Shown one piece after another: positions 27,601 through 33,642 of a DNA stretch of 33,642 nt; positions within the stretch are counted from its first letter, which is position 1; each line of letters begins with the position of its first letter. The position numbers and the translations under genes were made by a program. The notes below the pieces were generated by a model. That model was not told the origin of the DNA, did not search any database, and saw only the letters and a list, made by a program, of their open reading frames with translations. This DNA is from an uncultured Christensenella sp. GTDB taxonomy: Bacteria; Bacillota; Clostridia; Christensenellales; UBA1242. The stretch covers positions 1 through 33,642 of the forward strand of contig CASFHZ010000003.1 of assembly GCA_949294585.1 (NCBI GenBank), written 5' to 3'.

Positions 27601-30600
27601 ATATTCGCTTATATCATTCATTTCCAGTGCTGAATTAACACCAACATATCCAACAATTCCACCTGCATAGAGAACTAAATCTTCTCCATTTTTAGACAAA
27701 TCACTAGTAAATACATCTATTTTTGAATTAATGCTTGAATATGATATTGTTCCAGACAATTGTTGTCCAACAATTCCACCAAAAATTATTGTGTTTCCTA
27801 TTGGAATGATATCAGACAAAAATTCCAAAGAAATGTTTTTATTTAACGCTGAATTTGTAACTGTACCACCATCTAAGCAACCAACTAAGCCTCCAATAAT
27901 CCAATTTGAAACATAACCAATGTAAATTTTAAATGTATTGTTATTATCTGAAGTATTAGAAATTGAGCAATTAGTTAAAATAGAATTTGTTTGTAACAAT
28001 CCAATGATTGCCCCATAGCAAATCTCTGATACATTTTCTATATCAAATGCATCATTTTCATCAATAAATGCATTTATTCCAGTTATTGTCGAATTAACAG
28101 CATTGTTACCTAAAGAACCTAAATACACTTTATCATTATTACCATAATAATAAATTATTAAAGAATCTATGACTATATTTTTTATAGTAGAATTTTTAAT
28201 TTCGTTAAATATTCCACCATTTTCGGAAAGTAGATTTTTTATTGTATGAGATCCAGAGGAAACACCATCAAATCCATTTAAAACAATGTTTTCTACATTT
28301 TTAGATTTCCAATCCAGTGTTTTTGTATTAGAACCAATATCCTGAACTAAAACATAATATATTGAAATTTCTTCTGAACCATTAGCAATTTGATTTAATT
28401 TACCCAAATTTGGAATTTGGTATGGATTGTTGCTTGTACCGTCACCTGTATTGTGATGCATATAATCAATGCTTGCATAAACACCATCACTAAATGAACC
28501 ATAACCATACGCATAATTTACATTTAACGACATATTTCCTTTATAAATAGAAGTTAAATTTTCATTTTTATAGTTAACAGCCATCTCATCTGTTGTCTTT
28601 TCTGATTCACCACCAATTTCAACATTTGATTCAAGTGCTATTTTATCGTAATAATTTGAACTATTATTATCAAATACATAATAAGTGGCGCCTTTTGATT
28701 TTAAATTTATTATTTTGCAAATAGTGTAACAATATTTTACATCTCCTGGGCCAAAAGCATAAACCAAACCAATGTATTCTGTTGAATTTTCTTCTGAATT
28801 TTGCAACGAACCAGATGCATAACAACTTAAAACCGCTCCACTATTTTTTCTAACAAATCCAGCTATGCTAACTTCATCTTTGTTTCCTTTAAAATGAGAA
28901 ATCATAGAACTTGCAACATAACTTTCTTTAATTAAACCTGCATTTTCGGATACAAAACCTGAAACTGGCAAACTAGATTTAATTATTCCGTTTATAACTT
29001 TGTTTTCTGTGTTACTTCTTCCTCTAACATTGCAAGAGTAAATAATACCACTGTTATATTGAACAAATCCAGCAACATCATTGTTTAAAGTTATAGCAGT
29101 GTTGTCAACATTCACTTGTTTATCACCAGCACTATCTTGAGCGTTTGTATAATTAACATAAGACACAACACCTGCAACATAACTATTTTTATCAACAGCG
29201 CCAATTGGACTTGTTTGTTCGCCATTGTATTCAAATGAAATAACTGCTCCATCTGCAACTAAAACGGAATTCTTTAAAATGCCAATTTTTGTTAAAATTG
29301 AAGAATTTTGCAAGTAGATATATTGTCCATCAATAATCTCTTCACTTGGATTTAGACTTAATAGCATAGGATTTAGTTTTGTCCCCTCTGTAAATAAATC
29401 ATCACTCCACAAAACAAAACTATCTTTTTCATTGTCTTCGTTTACAATTCTATTTGTCAAAACATTTCTTGCTTCAATTAATAAATCATAAAGAGTAGTA
29501 TTTTCGCCAAAGTCATTATTACTTTGAGTGCATAATGTGTATATATGTGAATATTTATTTGATGAAACAACCCCATCATTGTCATCTTTCACATTTTCTT
29601 TTGAATATGAACCAACAATTGCATTTGCTTGATAGTTAGAAGATAAATCTTCGTCAAGTTTGTTATAATGTGTGTTTAAACAAATGTTATTTGCAATATT
29701 TAAACTATTTGTACCAGTACTGTCAACTTGTGCACAAATTCCACCATAAACATAACTATCCATTAATGTAATATCAGTTGTTACAGATTTATCAAACTCA
29801 CCATTGTCACTATTGTAAGCATATGTTGGATACACATTTCCTGCAACAACATTGTTGTTTACATCACACTCGCCAGAAGTTATTCCAATAAATCCAGAAG
29901 TGTATAAGAATACACTGACATCTGTTGGTGTACTCCATTTTTCGTTTGTAACTTTTACAACATTTTTAACTTCACCAGTAAATGCAGAGTTTGTTATGTT
30001 TGAACTGTTAATTCCTCCACATAAACCTGCCAAATAAACACTGCTATTTGCCTCATTAAACAATTGAATAGAATTGTAGTAAATAGAATTAGAAATATTG
30101 TAATTTGAAAGATATCCAACAAGTCCACCAACATAAACAGAATCTCCATTAGATTTTTCATCTTTTGTTTTTACTGTTATGTTTAAATAAGATTTTACTT
30201 TAAAAATATCTCCATTTTCACCTTCAAGTGTTCCTGCATATCCTGCCAAAGAACCAACATATGAGCCATTGACATTTTCAACAACAAATACACTATCACT
30301 GTCGCCAACTGTACAATTTTCTATGCTACTTGTGTTTATTGTTCCAACAAGTCCACCAACACTAACTCCAGCATTTACATTGGTAGATTGAATTTTAATG
30401 TTTGGCAAAATACAAACATTGGTTAAATCACTATTTTCTATGTTTCCTGCAAAACCACCAATATTCACTTGGTTTAACTGAATTTTTCCATTAACACTAA
30501 CATTAGATTGAATTTGTGCATCAATAGCTGTTTGAACATTAACATTGTTAATATTTCCAAACAAATATCCAACATTTGCGTTTTTAATTGTAACAACATT

Positions 30601-33600
30601 AGTTGAATTTGAAATGATATTAACATTTCCATCAATAGGAACTTTTGTATTATTATCACTTGTTACATTTGTTAAATTAAACACCGTTCTGTTTTGGTCT
30701 TTGTTGCTTGTTCCAATTATGCTTCCACCAATTAAACCAATGTTTGACATATTGTTTAATCCAATATTTGCATTTACATTAATATTGCTTGAAAGCACTG
30801 AAATATTTGAAATATAAGTATCAGTTGAAAGTGATGCTTTACCAAAAACCAAACCTGCTTCTATGTTGTTTTGAATGCTAGATGTAACATTTATATTACT
30901 TTTTAATATTTTAATATTATCAAAAATAGTTAAACCTGTTGCCTCTGCACAAACAACACCAATTATGTTATTTCCCTCTGTGACATTTGCATTGATATCA
31001 GAGAATTTTAGATTTCTAAATTCTGTGTTGTTTGCAGTTCTAACAAATGCAGAATTTTTGCTTAAACTGCTATTAAGTGAAATATTTTTTTCGTATTTAA
31101 CTTCAAAATTACTAAAATATGCACCGTTAGTTGTTTCAAACAATGCTCTATTTTGATTAACTGCAAAGATAAATCCATAAGTTTTTTCGCCGTCTTTACC
31201 TTTTAAGGTGTTAGAGAACCCAACAATTGGTGAAATTCTCTTATCAATAACAATGTAAGCACTATCTCTTGTTATTATATTGTTTCCATCATCTTCTGGG
31301 TCAATCACAAATGTAACATCACCACCCGATGTACGCATTAATTCTATATCACTTTGATTTCTTATGTATATCACATTGTTGTGATAGCCAAACAGAATGT
31401 GTGGGAATAGTTCATCATCATCTCTTTGCCAAGAATTAGAATCCCATTCGTTTCCTTTAAAGATAGAGTCAAACAATTCACCATCATCACCAATTCCTGT
31501 TATTTTTGAGAAAGATGTCACTTTTTCAAGATTGTCATTGTCATTATAGTTATATATAACCTCATTATTTGCAAAAACAATATCTTCTTTTGACAATGCA
31601 GCAACTTTATCAAAACTAAAGTTATCAGATTTTAATAGTGAGTAAACTTCGCTTTCGTTATTTTCATCAGCAAGCCAAACTCCCCAATAGTTTACTGCAT
31701 TTACTTTTGTTAAAGAGCAATCATCAATAGATTGTCCAATAAAACCACCGGCAACTTTTGCTCTTACATCTCCTGATGCATAAACTTCCTCAACAGTTAA
31801 ACTGTTTGATGTTCCCTTTTGTTCAACAAAACCAATTGCACCACCTGCGTATTCGGCTTTTTGGTTGACAACATTTAGTTTTGAATAAGACTTTTCTATT
31901 TTTCCACTCTTATTAAGTCCAACCAAACCTCCAATGGCAATAGGAGCATAATTATCTGCGATGAATAACTGTTCGTTTCCTCTGTCAACAGAATAATCAC
32001 CTTTATAATATTCATCTATTGAATCTTCAATTTGGTCTTGCAATTGTTCTTCACTTTCCGAGCGAACTTGTCTTAAATAACCCATATTATATCCAACAAT
32101 TCCACCTGCAAAACCGTTATAAGATAGAATACCTTGCGTTGTGTAATCTTCAACCATAGCAAGTTCAAATAAAGCATCTTGAACAATTGTTAGAGGACCA
32201 ACATATCCAAACACGCCACCAACAGTTCCACCTGTTATTTGCATTGTACCTTTCGTTTTAAGCATTGTTGCATTTGCATTAGAAGAAACTTCGGCATTTG
32301 CAAAATTGTAGTTATTTATTGATGTTTCTGTGTAGCAATCAATAACACCAATAATTCCACCTGCATATGAAACATAAGAATTTAAAGAATCGTTTGTTCT
32401 TGAATATGCATTATATGATGTATATGAAGAACCTGCAATATTATTATATGATTCAGGATACATAACTGCAGTAACACTTATATCCTTTGTTGATAAGTTA
32501 GAAACATAAGAATTTCCAACAACTCTACCTATTATTCCACCAACAATATTTTTACCTCTAACGGTAACACTGTTTGTGTTTTCATAAGCAGAAGTTAAAT
32601 TCACTCCAACAACAGTAGAATCTGAAACAGTTCCTGCAAGTGCACCAACATATTTAATGTTCTTTGCTTCGATACCAAAAATTTCACCTTCTGCGTTTGT
32701 TGCACCAAGAACAATATCAACATTCATCACAATTGCACCATCAGTTATTTTACTGAAAATTCCAAAGCCTTCAACACTGCTATCAACACCGTTATCAGAC
32801 AGTGCCAAACCATTAATTGTGAAGCCGTTTCCATCAAACTTGCCAATGCCAGATTTATTGCCTGCATCTTTGTATATGCCAGTAAGTGACATACTAGAAG
32901 AAGCAAGTCTGTATATTCTTGTTTCGTTTTCTTCTGTTAAAAGTTCTTGCAAATTGATGTCATTAACAAGTCTGTAACTTCCAAAAATTTGTCCTTTTTC
33001 TTTGTTGACATAATTTCTAGCAGAACCTTTTGTTCCACCCAAAACTTCATCAAATTCTTTTGCATCTCTAATTATTATAGGGTTGTTTTTTGAACCATAT
33101 TCAAAACCATCAACATAGTTAAGCACTGCCATTCCATTTTGTGATTCACTATATGCACTTTCATATCTTAATGAAACTGCTATGTCATTTGGACTAATCA
33201 GTTCTGGGCCTGTTGTTGTTATTTGCCAAATTCCATCTTCTGCATCACTTGAAGCAAAGTTAAATCCATAGTAGTATGATTCAGCAGTTATGGAGTTTAC
33301 AAGTTTTGCACCCTCGCCATATGCTTCTTCAACAATAATGGAAGAATCTTCATTTGCAAGTTCATCATAGTAATATGAATTTTCTATATTGCCATAATTT
33401 TGATAATTACCTCTTTCATCAACGCCAGCAAAGTTCATTTGTGTTGTTGTTGAACCAATAATTCTTGAAAGAGAAAGTGAAGTGTAAATATTTGCATTTT
33501 CATTGTTTATATAAACAAATCCTGCACTTGACCTTCCTGGGTTATTGCTTGTGTTTGTTAAAGTTATATTTGAATAACTATCTCTTATCTCGCCAGAATT

Positions 33601-33642
33601 AGAGTAGATAAATCCTGCACTTATTCCTGATGTTTCAATTCC
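21625..33642 (-). CDS. Giant GLUG-motif beta-helix surface protein, 5'-partial (>4005 aa)
   Basis: The frame is open from the window edge (GIETSGISAGFIYSNSGEIRDSYSN...) through 33438, so the listed Met is internal. Repeated GGxxG/GLUG rungs, caps YGSKNNPIII, EGTKLNP, GDGTSNNPYQI, and TPIGTVSSPFNGSFVG. The stop lies 30 bp before the next giant gene. Confidence 0.9.
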   Translation of the reverse strand, partial: GIETSGISAGFIYSNSGEIRDSYSNITLTNTSNNPGRSSAGFVYINNENANIYTSLSLSRIIGSTTTQMNFAGVDERGNYQNYGNIENSYYYDELANEDSSIIVEEAYGEGAKLVNSITAESYYYGFNFASSDAEDGIWQITTTGPELISPNDIAVSLRYESAYSESQNGMAVLNYVDGFEYGSKNNPIIIRDAKEFDEVLGGTKGSARNYVNKEKGQIFGSYRLVNDINLQELLTEENETRIYRLASSSMSLTGIYKDAGNKSGIGKFDGNGFTINGLALSDNGVDSSVEGFGIFSKITDGAIVMNVDIVLGATNAEGEIFGIEAKNIKYVGALAGTVSDSTVVGVNLTSAYENTNSVTVRGKNIVGGIIGRVVGNSYVSNLSTKDISVTAVMYPESYNNIAGSSYTSYNAYSRTNDSLNSYVSYAGGIIGVIDCYTETSINNYNFANAEVSSNANATMLKTKGTMQITGGTVGGVFGYVGPLTIVQDALFELAMVEDYTTQGILSYNGFAGGIVGYNMGYLRQVRSESEEQLQDQIEDSIDEYYKGDYSVDRGNEQLFIADNYAPIAIGGLVGLNKSGKIEKSYSKLNVVNQKAEYAGGAIGFVEQKGTSNSLTVEEVYASGDVRAKVAGGFIGQSIDDCSLTKVNAVNYWGVWLADENNESEVYSLLKSDNFSFDKVAALSKEDIVFANNEVIYNYNDNDNLEKVTSFSKITGIGDDGELFDSIFKGNEWDSNSWQRDDDELFPHILFGYHNNVIYIRNQSDIELMRTSGGDVTFVIDPEDDGNNIITRDSAYIVIDKRISPIVGFSNTLKGKDGEKTYGFIFAVNQNRALFETTNGAYFSNFEVKYEKNISLNSSLSKNSAFVRTANNTEFRNLKFSDINANVTEGNNIIGVVCAEATGLTIFDNIKILKSNINVTSSIQNNIEAGLVFGKASLSTDTYISNISVLSSNINVNANIGLNNMSNIGLIGGSIIGTSNKDQNRTVFNLTNVTSDNNTKVPIDGNVNIISNSTNVVTIKNANVGYLFGNINNVNVQTAIDAQIQSNVSVNGKIQLNQVNIGGFAGNIENSDLTNVCILPNIKIQSTNVNAGVSVGGLVGTINTSSIENCTVGDSDSVFVVENVNGSYVGSLAGYAGTLEGENGDIFKVKSYLNITVKTKDEKSNGDSVYVGGLVGYLSNYNISNSIYYNSIQLFNEANSSVYLAGLCGGINSSNITNSAFTGEVKNVVKVTNEKWSTPTDVSVFLYTSGFIGITSGECDVNNNVVAGNVYPTYAYNSDNGEFDKSVTTDITLMDSYVYGGICAQVDSTGTNSLNIANNICLNTHYNKLDEDLSSNYQANAIVGSYSKENVKDDNDGVVSSNKYSHIYTLCTQSNNDFGENTTLYDLLIEARNVLTNRIVNEDNEKDSFVLWSDDLFTEGTKLNPMLLSLNPSEEIIDGQYIYLQNSSILTKIGILKNSVLVADGAVISFEYNGEQTSPIGAVDKNSYVAGVVSYVNYTNAQDSAGDKQVNVDNTAITLNNDVAGFVQYNSGIIYSCNVRGRSNTENKVINGIIKSSLPVSGFVSENAGLIKESYVASSMISHFKGNKDEVSIAGFVRKNSGAVLSCYASGSLQNSEENSTEYIGLVYAFGPGDVKYCYTICKIINLKSKGATYYVFDNNSSNYYDKIALESNVEIGGESEKTTDEMAVNYKNENLTSIYKGNMSLNVNYAYGYGSFSDGVYASIDYMHHNTGDGTSNNPYQIPNLGKLNQIANGSEEISIYYVLVQDIGSNTKTLDWKSKNVENIVLNGFDGVSSGSHTIKNLLSENGGIFNEIKNSTIKNIVIDSLIIYYYGNNDKVYLGSLGNNAVNSTITGINAFIDENDAFDIENVSEICYGAIIGLLQTNSILTNCSISNTSDNNNTFKIYIGYVSNWIIGGLVGCLDGGTVTNSALNKNISLEFLSDIIPIGNTIIFGGIVGQQLSGTISYSSINSKIDVFTSDLSKNGEDLVLYAGGIVGYVGVNSALEMNDISEYQDATTLIDNCYLTEYANLVVGNQISFITTYAGGISGYGGNITNCYNKAMSITSYAKYQFEPVGDGFDQQQGMNHLPNVYVNGNEEGYSKLFLRQSKQQAYSAGIANQYQSVNSCINYSQVTGGINARSPYAYLEVDGTELNNRLQISMAVVATVVASLAPLLISGTVFPIISVFATSIMASGLAMAFVSIKILSRSIEIPEYYFENTNYKDVYEQYFNDCQVWGTIDAPKNIAEVFSRLIEVITGGKKIGYILEGNSEGKDHQIAGTPNYVDKQKSLLTMFTGNSWMGLNKTDDGKYIYSQESSKLLYVDDIYFDSIGLGREGATKVNAYSVYSGNEDTISSVYEIEINGSSQYGIMDNSVATTIKDGEEVISNVFKTYGLVYNTGFGSFDYKNYTKAVTSDDIEKEDLGDNWSQYNGEWILTTSEEIAKTSLDSMLNSNISFDDDDNAIINIGSQNGEGYSAQKDFRTMTSLINDLVPIIPTDENGLIVDKDSLINNSAIREYIQSYGIEVNAINTEKFHKLCNSLIKGGYTVKVLNDISFNSAITPIGTVSSPFNGSFVGTTSHTDQTTQLSNIKLSYSNTSDETSLGLFGYVKSLTMENITMSYSSDFEIYTTNNINVGGVVGTVVENGKINITDEVALYFYYKDYKVDNFGNRTISKAVSNIGGVIANVSNNCSVNINNLTIEKINIELIASSTSVSNENNAIGGIIGKVANSDVTLTNVEIARDSFETSDFAITTTNSLNSVVGGVIGYVDQTDLILSNVNVNNGIIDVESNNLIIKTGGVVGHLNQGDKKISLNEVNVGLSLISAKTSNPQSATYSAGLFAFAQTFNEENVSMTNVTIQSNVSGQKVYILSGIGGSVYPNSAYASSCVANNVDANAFLIENCETNTKPLSIANPNYESSISTENQLNNNYNELLTSSKQIVYTEGYGKYKDNNGNIKTDYTDILKIDLYEFKAQINKNIENSYVDGKLSTMYNFQKEYLLFVIKETISTQEDETYLYNYEERVYKIIITGTIDNNDYNLVNDVKMEYVTGFKYSSSDLIYNLYKYQAYPLANRTSNFYPLGINASTVTPLTESDLYIDSNGSQRIDLNMIISQTDSTDVQISSNGGSISVNSQDKIDTFEYKNITSDNSNGYSLTVNCIKNDISTSIDIITFNGLTDNNGWKLTNNNNIKSLNLDNLENKTIENVYVVYGENKIQLTSYETSEKIEVNLKTIEGNEINVLDAVYKPYIISCETNEEGLYNYTDYIFITSNSKTLYLGKIYYLSSEQISPNSSRNNFFFPISETIIEFSNDLLPLNEISETNEFSEEIKVDLTTINYEINSSGEINKKQELTTQTYTITLESITSNRFIFDISYESEVQTNEEVVNEITLSYNNSAKANVVNNAVVEGLSGNYIVVSNRLNYSYETSLFSEVFEAYVFTSDGKILQYILEKTSTTEDTFRLVDVQTLTFGPDGNKASVQYADNDNYTYLTFTYGNNDMPFVLEGTYSISVQGNSLRIENSKNNSVYFVVDILNGKLVISEMQYTITLGENTYTIIENIPTNSITIKNETQTVTIKNLFENVDEIGMSFNRYAKFELKQELDIGETYISISTSDNEKELVGIYTDLTMIRVLELFNENNSVYLYQYNAIGNNEEFDMLDENKAVIDASSSKFSLFVEENGALTKSDVDLFNSLLITTGTTIASINRELVDSVVDCVVIKLIGNTTIRFDIDSGFVYNMGTTFITVKDVYDATIEKTFIKYNYTQMVSSNGGYDYLFKFKIDETGKFITIKYSSSNNGCEASVVELLPFNNSYAVKVNINVDNKTMYFTLDGYEIVGSLNVKKLDDYTEYSLGGVVVNGYLLYNDATIKAETDIVVREYIFVRKEVQASATTEPLTITVETSDVVNDTTIYTQTTLTREIAVVNGIITIKDTIIQKFSTTEGVYNDENKILTTRITSVDGVLVQYIPSQNDTFTQNQNYQYSDNEQVCYIISEYDVNGTRIDLTFGAN

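Noticed and set aside
24000-29000. Impression of different codon usage (mosaicism) in the middle of the partial giant gene
   Set aside because: Cannot be supported by eye; it needs a sliding-window codon-usage calculation.
886-32977. Short antisense or alternate-frame ORFs inside aspS, rpoBC and the giant genes, and ORF 3179-3385
   Set aside because: Shadow ORFs expected from codon bias, with no recognisable motifs. ORF 3179-3385 overlaps the two pseudogene fragments.
33436-33438. Met at 33438 as start of the second giant gene
   Set aside because: The frame stays open to the window edge with continued beta-helix repeats, and there is no RBS or signal peptide there.
12019-33642. Zmp/IgA1 (M26) metalloprotease call for the GLUG proteins
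   Set aside because: No HExxH motif was found in either visible sequence. Only the non-catalytic repeat scaffold is shared.

Overview
AT-rich chromosomal segment of a low-GC Firmicute, most likely an uncultured Clostridia-type organism (inferred from RpoB/RpoC character and canonical sigma-A promoters). Left to right: aspS (minus strand); a small island with an acidic lipoprotein, two back-to-back gene remnants (TspO and TrkA-C/RCK 3' ends) and an orphan 190-aa gene; a stand-alone rpoB-rpoC operon with its own promoter and a structured leader; a ~150-bp MITE-like element between two related hairpins; and an operon of two giant, paralogous GLUG/beta-helix surface proteins. These are a 3191-aa lipoprotein and a >4005-aa protein that runs off the window edge and carries an internal 45-residue uncharged hairpin. 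The best candidates for novel biology are the giant-protein pair and an RNA polymerase with many substitutions in the rifampicin pocket and bridge-helix cap. All alignments were made by eye against remembered consensus sequences; no searches were run.
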